Below are positions 11,620-24,957 of a stretch of DNA of 64,000 nucleotides, one piece after another. The notes under the pieces are model-generated. The model searched no databases, was not told the origin of the DNA, and saw only the letters and a list, made by a program, of their open reading frames with translations. Source of the stretch: Macrostomum lignano (Eukaryota). The stretch spans positions 62,001-126,000 of the forward strand of contig NIVC01000763.1 in assembly GCA_002269645.1 (NCBI GenBank). The letters run 5' to 3'. The position numbers and the translations under genes are program-made. The first letter of the stretch is position 1. Every line of letters starts with the position of its first letter.

Positions 11620-13800
11620 TTGAATGTTTGACATGGTGGCTCTTTTATGTTTGACATAGTGGCTCTTCTATGTTTGACATGGTGGCTCTTCTATGTTTGA
11701 CATGGTGGCTCTTTTATGTTTGACATGGTGGCTCTTTTATGTTTGACATGGTGGCTCTTTTATGTTTGACATGGTGGCTCTTTTATGTTTGACATGGTGG
11801 CTCTTTTATGTTTGACATAGTGGCTCTTCTATGTTTGACATGGTGGCTTTTTTATGTTTGACATAGTGGCTCTTCTATGTTTGACATGGTGGCTTTTTTA
11901 GGTTTGACATGGTGGCTCTTTTATGTTTGACATGTTGGCTTTTTAATGTTCGACATGTTGGCTTTTTAATGTTCGACATGGTGGCTCTTTAATGTTCGAC
12001 ATGGTGGCTTTTTAATGTTCGACATGGTGGCTCTTTTAGGTTTGAAATGGTGGCTCCTTAATTTTCGAAATGGTGGCTCTTTTATGTTCGACATGGTGGC
12101 TCTTTAATGTTCGACATGGTGGCTCTTTAATGTTCTTAATGGTGTCTGTTTTATGTTTGACATGGTGGCTCTTTATTGTTCGACATGGTGGCTCTTTAAT
12201 TTTTAACATGGTAACTCTTTTATGTTTGATATGGTGGCTCTTTTATGTTCGACATGGTGGCTCTTTAATGTTCGACATGGTGGCTCTTTAATGTTTGATA
12301 AGGTGGCTCTTTAATGTTCGACATGGTGGCTTTTTAATGTTTGACATGGTGGCTCTTTAATGTTCTTAATGGTGGCTCTTTAATGTTTGACATGGTGGCT
12401 TTTTAATTTTTGAAATGGTGGCTGTTTTATGTTCGACATGGTGGCTCTTTAATTTTTAACATGGTGACTCTTTTATGTTCGATATGGTGGCTCTTTTATG
12501 TTTGACATAGTGGCTCCTTTAGGTTTGAAATGGTGGCTCTTAAATGTTTAACATTGTGGCTCTTTAATTTTCGAAATGGTGGCTCCTTAATTTTCGAAAT
12601 GGTGGCTCTTTTATGTTTGACATGGTGGCTCTTTAATGTTCGACATGGTGGCTCTTTAATGTTCGACATGGTGGCTCTTTAATGTTCTTAATGGTGTCTG
12701 TTTTATGTTCGACATGGTGGCTCTTTAATGTTCGACATGGTGGCTCCTTTAGGTTTGAAATGGTGGCTCTTTAATGTTTGACATTGTGGCTCTTTAATAT
12801 TTGACAAGGTGGCTCTTTAATGTTCGACATGGTGGCTCCTTAATTTTCGAAATGGTGGCTCCTTAATTTTCGAAATGGTGGCTGTTTTATGTTTGACATG
12901 GTGGCTCTTTAATGTTCGACATGGTGGCTCTTTAATGTTCGACATGGTGGCTCTTTAATGTTCTTAATAGTGTCTGTTTTATGTTCGACATGGTGCCTCT
13001 TTAATTTTTAACATAGTAACTCTTTTACATGTATGTTTGATATGGTGGCTCTTTTATGTTTCACATGGTGGCTCTTTAATGTTCGACATGGTGGCTCCTT
13101 TAGGTTTGAAATTTTGGCTCTTTAATGTTTGACATTGTGGCTCTTTAATGTTTGACATGGTGGCTTTTTAATGTTCGACATGGTGGCTCTTTTAGCTTTG
13201 AAACGGTGGCTCTTTAATGTTTGACATGGTGACTCTTTAATGTTTGACATGGTGGCTCTTGTATGTTCGACATGGTGGCTCCTTTAGGTTTGAAATGGTG
13301 GCTCTTTAATGTTTGACATTGTGGCTTTTTAATGTTTGACATGGTGGCTTCTTAATGTTTGACATGGTGGCTCTTTTAGGTTTGAAATGGTGGCTCTTTA
13401 ATATTTGACATGGTGGCTCTTTAATGTTTGACATGGTGGCTCTTTTAGATTTGAAATGGTGGGTCTTTAATGCTTGACAGTGTGGCTCTTTAATGTTTGA
13501 CATGGCTGCTCTTTAATGTTCGATATGGTGGCTCTTTAATGTTTGACATGGTAACTCTTTTATGTTTGATATGGTGGCTCTTTTATGTTCAACATGGTGG
13601 CTCTTTAATGTTTGACATGGTGGCTTTTGAATGTTCGACATGGTGGCTCTTTAATGTTTGACATGGTGGCTCTTTTAGGTTTGAAATGGTGGCTCTTTAA
13701 TGTTCGACATGGTAGCTCTTTAATGTTCGACATGGTAGCTCTTTTATGTTTGACATGGTAACTCTTTTATGTTCGATATGTTGGCTCTTCTATGTTTGAC
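11620..13800. repeat. 23-bp minisatellite (GACATGGTGGCTCTTTTATGTTT)
   Basis: About 95 tandem units with ATGGTGGCT conserved. Confidence 0.95.
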
Positions 13801-13870
13801 ATTGCGCTTCTTTGATGTTTAGCAGTTTTGTTGTGTTTTTAAGGTGTTTTAATAAAAAAAATCTTTTTGC

Positions 13871-13935
13871 ACTACTGAGATTCGAACCCAGGTCGCTACA
13901 TTAGCATTCCAGTCTGTTCGCATCAGGGCTATCTC
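13871..13935 (-). other. tRNA-derived module inside H5
   Basis: Minus strand TAGCCCTGATGCG (A-box-like), anticodon-arm-like CTGGA-ATGCTAA-TGTAG, T-arm CTGGG-TTCGAAT-CTCAG, followed within ~20 nt by a T-run (plus 13855-13861). Confidence 0.7.
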
Positions 13936-14949
13936 TTTTCAATTGGAGAACATGAATTGTGGCCCTTATAATTCAATTCTTACAGCAAGTCAATTGGAGT
14001 AAAAAGTTATGACATAATCAATTTCTCAGTCAGCCAGTATCAGTCTCAATTTAAGTTAGCAATATGGTTACGCAATTTCAATCAAGTCGTGTGTGCATTT
14101 CTTCGGCACTGTTTTCAACTTGTTGTGATGCAATCTTTAGCACAATCGGAATTCAGTCAGTCAGTTTTTTCTCTAGCATTCTTACAATGCATTTCAAGTC
14201 GAAAATTTGGCTTGACCTTTGCAAAAAAGCATGTTTTTCGAATATTTAATCCCTTTAACATTGAGCAATTTCTTAGCCAGGATGCATGTACCGTGCCAGG
14301 AAAATTTCTGATCAAATGGTGCAAGTTTGAAGAAAATCGGTTGAGCCAATTTTTCTGAAATCTATCGCATACCGACATAGACATCACATTTTTAGTATAT
14401 AGGACTAGCCATTTAGCCCCCCGCTGGGGAGCCCTAAAATGACACCAATTGGTTTTTATTTTGACACAAGAGTAACCTTACTATATTTATCCAAAATGTT
14501 GATTTCCTAATGGAGAAAAAGAAATCAAGAAATAATCAAGAAATCAAGAAATACCTTTTCTCATTTTGGCAAAAATAAATTGCCATGAATCAGAACTTTC
14601 ATCAGCCAAAAAAAGTTTCCTTCATCAGCCCAAAACCCTTTTCCAATCAGCAAATAGTGCTGATCCTTTCAAGCACAAACTCTTAGTGCATATCGTCGCT
14701 GGCCGGGGCATATTCTTATCCGCAGCAAATATGCAAATCATTGACGGCCTTAGACCCTCTCTTTTAATTAGCCTAAATCAAAGAATGAAACCTTTAATAA
14801 ATGCGCTGGTATTTCCTATTAGCGGAAATCAGCATCACTTGTGTGTACTATTTCATTATCTGAATTACATGAGCTACTTCAGCCGTACTACCTGACTATC
14901 TGACAATCGCCCAACAACCTAACACCCCCAACAATTCAGCCATCGTCCA

Positions 14950-17040
14950 TGAGCCTTGTCATCTTAGCAATTCCCCCAGTAAGCCTTGACATCTCAGCAA
15001 TTCCCCCAGTAAGCCTTGAAATCTCAGCAATTCCCCCAGTAAGCCTTGACAAGAATTGCTAAGAATTGCTAAGAATACTTAGCTAACAATTGCTAATACT
15101 TGCTAAGAATTGCTGAGAAGCCTTGAGATCTCAGCAATTCCCCCAGTAAGCATTGACATCTCAGCGATTCTCCCAGTAAGCCTTGAAATCTTAGCAATTC
15201 CCCCAGAAAGAATTCACATCTTAGCAATTGCCGCAGTAAGCCTTGAAATCTCTGCAATTCCCCCAGTAAGCCTTAACATCTCAGCAATTCCCCCAATAAG
15301 CCTTGACATCTGAGGAATTCCCCCAGTAAGCCTTGAAATCTAAGCATTTCCCCAGTAAGCCTTGAAATCTCAGCATTCCCCCAGAAAGCCTTCACATTTT
15401 AGCAATTCCCAGTAAGACTTGACATCTCAGCAGTTCCCCCATTAAGCATCGACATCGCAGCAATTAAACTCGAGCCTTGACATCTACGCAGTTCTCTCAG
15501 CTGAGTAAGCCTTGACATCCCAACAACCCAACTCCCCTCCCCAAGAATTCAGCAATCCCCTTATGAGCCTTGATATCTCAGCAATTTCTTCATGAGCCTT
15601 GTCAACTCAGCGATTCCATCCATGAGCTTTGATATCTTAGCAACTCCCATCTTAGCAAGTCTTTAGTTGATGGCAAGTGCTTGGTTGATGGTTAACAGAA
15701 TGGTTATTCTATGATTGAACCAAAACTGACCCTAAGCCCCTAACCCTAACCCATAAGTGAGTCTTGGCATGTTAGCAATCTCCCCCGTGAGCCTTGAGCC
15801 TGAGCATTTAAGTAACTTCCTCATAAGCTTTGAAATATAAATTTCACCGAAAGCCTTGAACTGTCAGCAATTCCCGAAGAGCCAAAGCATATAACTAATT
15901 CGCCCCTTTAATCTTAGAAATTCCTTAATGAATCATTTATGATTGACACGACGATGGTTCTATAATTGAACTCAAACCCTAACGCTTAACCTGCAGCCGA
16001 GTCACAGCATTTCAGCAACTCCTTCTCAGCCCAAGAATTTCAGCAATTCCCCAATGAGCTTTTACAATCATAGCAATTTTCCCATGAGCATGAAAATTTA
16101 GCGACTAACCTTTTGATATCTTGGCACTTTCACATGAGTCTTATGGTTGAAAACTAACCCTGCCAAGTCACAGCATTTCAGCAATTCCCACTGTAAACCA
16201 CAGCATTTCAACAAATACCCAATGAACCTTGACATTTCCTGAATTTCAGCTATTCGCTTTAGGAGCCTTTGAAATCTCAGTCATTCCCCCGTGAACCTTA
16301 GCATCTCAGCAATACCCAAGAGTCACAGCCTACAGCATTACAGGGATCCCCCCTGAGCTTTGAAATCTCAGCTATTCCCCAATGAGCCTTGATATCTCAG
16401 CAACTCCTATTTGAGCCACAAAATTTCGGCAATATGAGCAGGTACTGCAATCACAACAATCCCCCTGAGCATTGAGCCACATTATAAGTCGGATATCCCC
16501 CCACGAGCCTTTACAACTTAGCAATTCCCTAATGAGTATTTAATGTTAGACAGGCCTATTCATTTATATGGTTTACGTCTTACTCTTACCCTAACAATGT
16601 CGGCAATTCCCTCAAGAGCCACAGCATTCCAGAAATTATTTCCATGAACCTTGACAGCAAATAATTTTAATGAGCCTTGATACCTCAGAAATTTCTCAAA
16701 TGGAATTTGAAATCAAAGCAATTCTGCCCAGAATTACATCAGTATAGGAATTTCCCTCTGAGACTTGACAAGACATCTCAGAATTTCTCTCATGGGCCTT
16801 GATCTGGCCCATGGCCCAGTAAGCCTTGAAATCTCAATAATTCCCCAGTAAGCCTTGACATCTCAGAAATTCCCTCATTAAGATCGAAATCGCAGCAATT
16901 GAACTTAAGCTTTGAAATCAAAGCAATTCTCCCTAGAATCACATCATTATAGCAATTACCGCTGAGCCTTGAGATCTTAGAAATTCTCCCATGAGTCTTG
17001 ATATCACAGAAATTTTCCATACCAGCCCTGACATCTTAGC
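14950..17040. repeat. Degenerate 30-bp minisatellite (GTAAGCCTTGACATCTCAGCAATTCCCCCA)
   Basis: Clear tandem units at 14975-15450, decaying rightwards; related units at 5140-5830. Confidence 0.85.
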
Positions 17041-17164
17041 AATTCACATTGAGTATTTTATTCTCGACAGACCGCTTCTTTTATGGTTGACATGATGATT
17101 CTTTTGTCGCTTTTTCTTGTGTTGAGTTTTCTTCTGTTGAAAATAGCATTTATTAAAAACTTAC

Positions 17165-17352
17165 AATGGTTTACCATCACTTTAGCAATGGTTTACCATC
17201 ACTTTAGCGATGGTTCACCAGCAGTTTAGCAATGGTTCACCAGCAGTTTAGCAATGATTCACCAGCAGTTTAGCAATGGTTCACCAGCAGTTTAGCAATG
17301 GTTCACCAGCAGTTTAGCAATGATTCACCAGCAGTTTAGCAATGGTTCACCG
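17165..17352. repeat. 22-bp minisatellite (ATGGTTCACCAGCAGTTTAGCA) x~8
   Basis: Direct tandem units. Confidence 0.9.
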
Positions 17353-18439
17353 GCACTGTTCCGCAAAATCTGGGAGCAGATGGCTACTGATCTCCATATG
17401 CTTCTCAATAATCGAAGCCATTTGAAATGTTTGCAACTTGCAGTTTAAATTTTATTTGCAATTCTCTTGCATATTTATTACTTCATTGTACGTCAGATTA
17501 GCACTGCTCACCCAGATTAGACCCTTTGCAAATTAGCACTTACAGCAGATTAGCACTGCTCTAGAAGGCTAACGCAGCCCCAGCAAAAGTATCTTTAAAT
17601 TTAAGTGTTTAACATCCCCATGAATCTGCATAGGATGCAATCATTATTGTCACAGGTCACAAAGATAAATTTGCTGCTTCAATGCAGGCTCGAACTGCTG
17701 ACATCAAAGCATTCTATTTGCTTCTGCTTGATACTGCCTGCCTACTGCGGCTATTGTGCCTATTGACATGTGGTCGAAATAATCTAGTTTAGCAACTTCA
17801 GCCGTTTGAAGTTAACCCCCGGAAATCGGCATTTATCCCCACAACAACCTGAAATTATCCCTTCATCTAATCCCGCAAAAAGACTGCAGTTATTTCTTAG
17901 CAGCCTGCATTTATCATCCACTTTGCATTCTACAACTTTTATTAAAATTAAGCATGTATACCCTCAGGGGCAATAAAATTGTCCCCTTAGCAAAAAATAT
18001 TTCACTTAGCAGGCCGCAGTAATCCCCTAAACAACTTGCACTTAATCTTTCACAGTTAATATCCACTCAAAACTCAATAGTTATAGTTATTAGCCTCAGA
18101 AGTCTGCCATTATCCTCCAATTAGTCCGCAGTTTTCCCTCTCAGCAGTCTGCAGCTATACGCTCATACGTCTGGAAGAACTACCTCAGCAGTTTGCAGTT
18201 GTTTCCCCTTTGCAATCTGCAATGATCCCTTCGACAGTCTGCAGTTCCCCTCAGCAGTCTGCAGTCATTTCATTTTAGTCTACAACTGTACCATTAACGA
18301 TTTTCATTCATTCTCTCAGCAGCCTGCAGTTCTCCTCTCGGCCGGCTCCTCAGTCTCCTCTGCAAACTGCAATTTGCTCAGCATTTTACGGCTCACTAAT
18401 AAATTTTCCATACATATCGGCAGTCTTACAAAACTCAGC

Positions 18440-19380
18440 ATTTAACAATACCTTCAGCAGTTTTTTTCAGAATCGTCTGCAGTTTAGCAATTTCATACTT
18501 TCATGGAGCTAGGCAATATACCCATTGATGGGATCAGTACGCTCGTAATACATGTACTCGAAGCAGTTTTTACAAATCAAATTTGCTTATCGACTTGTGC
18601 CAAACAGCAAAAATACATGTAGTTCATTAAGTGTGCCTTGTTAATTAAGCATAAAAGTTTCAATTAGTCGAAGCACAAGCTAAAATAAATAATTAGTTCA
18701 ATTTTAATTGTCCGCTGCGAGGCAGACTCTAACCTGGGACCTTACGCCTATCCTAAACCTGGTCCTAGTGCCTACAGTGCGGCTACTCCGCCTATTGATC
18801 GGAGGGCGATAAAATCAGCCATATATGCTTTGGCACTGCAGTCAAATACACAGCAGTGATAGGCTGCTCAGTGCACGGTTTGCATGCAGGCAGAGCCAAT
18901 GCGCAGTTAAGTGAAATCTATAAATTAGATTTAAGTCTGGAAAGTCTTGAAAAGCTCAGCATTTTGCAGCATTGTCTGCAGTTTAGTAATTTCGTACTTT
19001 CATGGAGCTAGGCAGTACTCATTGATGGGATCAGTAATACACGAAGCAGTTTTTTAAAATCAAATTTGGTAAGTGGCTTGTGCCAAGTAGCAAAAATTAA
19101 TTTGCATTAATAAAAAAATGTTGGAATTAAAATTAATAAAAATATGTTATATTCAGTCGAGTCACACGCTACAAATGAATGAATTAATTTGTTTTAATTA
19201 TCCACCGAGTAGGTGGACTCGAACCTGGGACCTTACGCCTAGCCTAAACCTAGTCCTAGTGCCTACACTGCGGCTATTCCGCCTACTGATGGAAGGGCGC
19301 AAAAATCAGCCATATATGCTTCGACATTGCAGTCAAATACATAGCAGTGTTAGGCTGCTCAGTGTGCACAGGTTTGGTTC
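18440..19380 (-). repeat. ~500-bp tandem duplication, each copy with a tRNA-like/SINE head
   Basis: Homologous blocks start at ~18477 and ~18976. Minus-strand heads TAGCCGCAGTGTAGG...CCAGGTTCGAGTCC at ~19200-19290, and a degenerate copy at ~18715-18810. Confidence 0.7.
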
Positions 19381-20147
19381 TGACGGAGCCATTCAGCCAG
19401 GGTCAGAAGATTGCACACACAGCCACTGAGCAGTTAAATGCTTGCGCAATGCTTGGCACAGTGCGTCCACCTAAAAAGCTCAGAGTCAGTTTTTAGCGAG
19501 AATATGCAGAACGCAGTTGTGGCGCAATTATAATTAGAATGAAAATTCAGCCAGTCAAGAATTCATCCTTGCTTGGCCTTTCATTAAAAGCATTCGAAAA
19601 GCTCGTTTTTCGAATATTTAATACCTTTAACATTAAAGCACCTACAAGAAATTTTAACTGTCTTCTTTTCAGACAATTTTGAATGTTTTGGCGAAAACGC
19701 GATCAAAATTGGTCAAGAATTGCAGTCTGTAGAGCGTTTTACATGGACATAGATTAGAGTTTTAGAATATGCCCAGCATTCAGAGTAATTTTATTTTTGA
19801 CCCCTGGTATGGTTGCGCAATTTAAATAAAGTAATTATCTGGGCAGTGGGGCTCACTGAGTTTTCTGATCAGTTGGCTCTGGCGCAATCATTAAAATTGG
19901 CTGTGAAATTCTCTCGCTGCGAGCAGGTTGATAAAAAATACATTGAAGTCGCCCATTGAAAACTGTTTTTCGAATATTTAATCCCTTTAGCATTGAAGCA
20001 GATACAAGAAATTTTAACCATACAATCCCAGGCTGATTAGAAATCTTTTGGCGAAAACGCGATCAAAATCGGTCGAGAATTGCAGTCTCTAGAGCGTTAT
20101 GGACATTCAAGCAAGCATACAAACCTTAGAGATTTAGTATATTTAGA

Positions 20148-21222
20148 CTAGCTAATTAGAGCTGGCTGCCAGCAGCCAGAAGAATTTTTTTATTGCCCCC
20201 CTTTAAGTGGAGCGGAGTGAGTTTTCTTATCAGTTGGCTCTGGCGCAATCAATTAAAATTGGCAGTGAAGTTTCTGGCTGATAAAATTTGCATTGAAAAA
20301 GGCCATTTAAAACAGTTTTTCGAATATTTAATCCCTTTAGCATTGAAGCAGATTAAAGAAATTTTAACCGTCTTCTTTCCAGACAATTTTGAATCTTTTG
20401 GCGAAAACGCGATCAAAATCGGTGAAGAATTGCAGTCTCTAGAGCGTTATGGACATTCATTCAAACATACAAACCTTAGAGATTTAGTATATTTAGATAG
20501 ATAGAAGACTAGCTAATTAGAGCTGGCTGCCAGCAGCCAGAATAATTTTTTTATTGCCCCCCTTTAAGTGGAGCGGAGTGAGTTTTCTTATCAGTTGGCT
20601 CTGGCGCAATCAATTAAAATTGGCAGTGAAGTTTCTGGCTGATAAAATTTGCATTGAAAAAGGCCATTTAAAACAGTTTTTCGAATATTTAATCCCTTTA
20701 GCATTGAAGCAGATTAAAGAAATTTTAACCGTCTTCTTTCCAGACAATTTTGAATCTTTTGGCGAAAACGCGATCAAAATCGGTGAAGAATTGCAGTCTC
20801 TAGAGCGTTATGGACATTCATTCATTCAAGCATACAAACCTTAGAGATTTAGTATATTTAGATTAGATAGAAGATAGACTAGCTAATTAGAGCTGGCTGC
20901 CAGCAGCCAGAATAATTTGTATTGCCCCCCTCTAAGTGGGGCCCAGTGAGTTTTCTTATCAGTTGGCTCTGGCGCAATCAATTAAAAATGACTGTGAAGT
21001 TTCTCGCTGATAAAATTTGCATTGAAAAAGCCCATTTAAAACAGTTTTTCGAATATTTAATCCCTTTAGCATTGAAGCAGATACAAGAAATTTTAACTGT
21101 CTTCTTTCCAGACAATTTTGAATCTTTTGGCGAAAACGCGATGAAAATTGGTGAAGAATTGCAGTCTCTAGAGCGTTATGGACATTCAAACATACAAACC
21201 TTAGAGATTTAGTATATTTAGA
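20148..21222 (-). mobile_element. Three tandem ~350-bp mini-Helitrons (20148-20497, 20509-20862, 20879-21222)
   Basis: Each begins TCTAAATATACTAAATC and ends with the perfect hairpin CTGGCTGC-TG-GCAGCCAG, 10 nt, then CTAG|T. These are canonical Helitron termini. Confidence 0.9.
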
Positions 21223-21224
21223 TA

Positions 21225-21450
21225 GAAGATTAGAAGATTTAGAAGATTATTAGATTAGATTATTAGATAGAAGATAGATAGATTAAAAGGGCATTAGGTT
21301 TCGTATTAGAAGGCTATTAGGTTCAGTATATATTAGAAGGGCATTAGGTTCCGTATCAGAAGGGCATTAGGTTCAGTATATATTAGAAGGGCATTAGAAA
21401 GGCATTAGGTCTAGGATTAGAACAGCATTAGGTTTAGGATTAGATTCTAA
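21225..21450. repeat. Degenerate intronic minisatellite (TTAGAAGGGCATTAGGTTCAGTAT); same family at 1-66
   Basis: GCATTAGGTTC units on both sides of the Helitron train. Confidence 0.75.
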
Positions 21451-21534
21451 CACTGAAATTATATTCAGTGTTAAACGTATTAAAAGTTGATATAATAGAG
21501 CCCCAAGCTCTATCGCAGCCATTAGTTTACGTAC

Positions 21535-22556
<1,022 letters not shown>

Positions 22557-23493
22557 TTAACAGGAGGAATCCAATTTTTCAACAGTGCATTAGCACTGTT
22601 ATGACTACTAGACAATAAAGTACAGTTCTATGTTATTTTTAGAGACTAACAACAGGTTGTATGCATGAATGTTTTTAATTTTTAATTTTAATGTTGAGTA
22701 AAGTTATTTGACTAAATCAATAAAAATAATAAATTGACAACCAACTGAAATTATCAATTTCTTCTATTGAGCAAAAAAATTGCATAGAGCATTTAAAAAA
22801 GAATTAGAAAGGAAAATACTTTTCACAAAAAATAAAATTCAAAATATATATCTAGTTTTTATTGGCACAATAAAAAAACCATCATATTTCTGGCCACATA
22901 TGTTTTATTCTTAGTCTTAGACAATCTTGGTATCTATTAAAATATGGAATCTGCAGTAGAATGGTAAAATTCAAAATGAACTATGGATTCTACTAGCTTG
23001 GAATAAAATGCAAAATATGATAATGAAAAATCATAATTTTTGGATTTGATACTAATAGGCCTACATGTTCTAATTCTAAATAATTATTTAGAATATATCT
23101 ATAACTAGGCCTATAGCAATATAACCATATCACATGAAAAAGATAAATCTATCAATCAAAGCTTATATTATAGGGGGCTGACTTCTAGTCAATCCGGCAA
23201 TAAGACAATCTGAAGACAGATTATTGCATTGTAGATTTTATCAATTTTAGATATAAAAAAATTAACATGAATATAGTTTTTAATTTTACATTAATTTTAA
23301 TTTTACATTACAATTTTACATTTATATATAGAGCATTCTCTTTAGGATAGCCAGTATCTTTCTTTAAATAAAACCTATACACTATGGCTATTCTTCTGAT
23401 ATAATTTGAGGTGTAATAATGTATCTAATTATAAAACTATAGGGCAACCTTTAGTGAAAATAAAGAATGTATCAATTTAATAGTTTCTTATTT

Positions 23494-24499
23494 GGCAGTG
23501 CTTATTTAGCCGGCACCGGCCAAATAAGTTTGCTACTATTTAGCCAGCAGTCCTACCCCACTGCTGGTCAAATAAGCCTATCACTATTTAGCTGGCAATC
23601 CTAGCCCCTAATGGCCATGCCGGTCAAATAAGCCAATCACTGCTGGTCACTATTTGACCGGCAGTGGGGAGGACTCAGTAGGACTGACAGCTAAATAGTG
23701 ACGGGCTTATTTGACTGGCAGTGGAGCAGGACTGCCGGCTAAATAGTGATAGGCTTATTTGACCGGCAGTGGAGCAGGACTGCTGGCTAATTTTTTTTAT
23801 TAGAGGCAGGGGGGTTGTATGCACCCTGGCGCACTTTAAGTGACATTGGCACACAACTGGCGAGAGGCATTACTGCTCATTTCGCCGACTCCCCTGAGTA
23901 GGCACACAAGCGCACGGATATGTACGCAGGCACACACGCACACAAGAATGTACAGTGGCCCTAACTTTATATTATCATTAGGCATGTACACTTCACTACG
24001 CCTTGGGGAGTTGGCTTTCAATGATGTTAATTGCTTGAGCAGAGCCAAGCCAAGATTCCAATTCAGCCCCAAATTAATGTGACTGCACTTGGAATTGAGC
24101 CTGAGTTGCTGGCACACCAGAGCCTGTGCTAGACTGCTAGGCTATGGCCCCTCTCTGCCAGCTAAATAGTGACAAGCTTATTTGACTGGTAGTAGAGCAG
24201 GACTGCCAGCTAAATAGTGACGAGCTTATTTGACTGGTAGTGGAGTAGGACTGCTGGCTAAATAGTGATAGGCTTATTTGACTGGCAGTGGAGTAGGACT
24301 GCTGGCTAAATAGTGACAGGCTTATTTGACTGGCAGTGGAGCAGGACTGCCAGCTAAATAGTGACGGGCTTATTTGACTGGCAGTGGAGTAGGACTGCTG
24401 GCTAAATAGTGACAGGCTTATTTGACTGGCAGTGGAGCAGGACTGCCAGCTAAATAGTGACGGGCTTATTTGACTGGTGCCAGCTAAATAAGCACTGCC
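23494..24499. mobile_element. Mutator/Merlin-type MITE with 24-bp TIRs, 9-bp TSD and internal 48-bp repeats
   Basis: TIR GGCAGTGCTTATTTAGC(C/T)GGCACC at both ends. TSD TTCTTATTT at 23485-23493 and 24500-24508. Confidence 0.85.
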
Positions 24500-24957
24500 T
24501 TCTTATTTTTTCAATCATTATATAATTTATCAACATTACAAAAAAGAGCTATTGAAATCCCTACATTTTAAACTAACTAAATTCTAATCTTCTAAACTAT
24601 TTTTTGTATATATTATTAAAAATAATTAATTATTATTATTATTACCAATAATAGCTAGTATAAGAATAATCACAATAAAAACTAATATTTTTAAATGTCA
24701 ATTGCTGATTTACATGTAATGCCTTTTTATATATACTAACCGTATTGCTGGATTGACTGTTACCATTTTGACTATCACTAGATTAACTAGATATCTAGGG
24801 AGCCTAGAGTAGAGCCAAAATAATCTATACATATAAATAATATATTAGGCCTATTCTATTCCCAATGACACTAGAAAACTAGATTTGGCAAAAGTGACAA
24901 AAATTGAACCTGTAATAGGAGAGAACAAGCAGGGGGGTAATTAGGGCCTAGGGAGTA

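Larger units (their letters stand above)
10824..14404 (-). mobile_element. Helitron-type element H5
   Basis: 3' hairpin CCCCC-ATC-GGGGG plus CTAG (10824-10827), fused directly to the TC of H4. 5' TCCTATATACTAAAAA at 14404. Contains 18-bp and 23-bp arrays and a tRNA-like module. Confidence 0.75.
14405..20147 (-). mobile_element. Composite Helitron-type segment H6 (may be more than one element)
   Basis: 3' CTAG (14405-14408) with a C/G hairpin fused to the TC of H5. 5' TCTAAATATACTAAATC at 20147. Contains a 30-bp array, a 22-bp array, a ~500-bp tandem duplication with tRNA-like heads, and core-related sequence at 19390-20147. Internal boundaries are uncertain. Confidence 0.5.

Noticed and set aside
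13871-13935. Functional tRNA genes (also 1671, 10285, 19200, 58150)
   Set aside because: Acceptor stems are missing or D-arms broken, and all are embedded in repeats; these are tRNA-derived modules only.
17340-17450. Possible orphan exon NGSPALFRKIWEQMATDLHMLLNNRSHLKCLQLAV*
   Set aside because: Short, the opposite strand is also open, there are no partner exons and no similarity to the ARF6 C-terminus.
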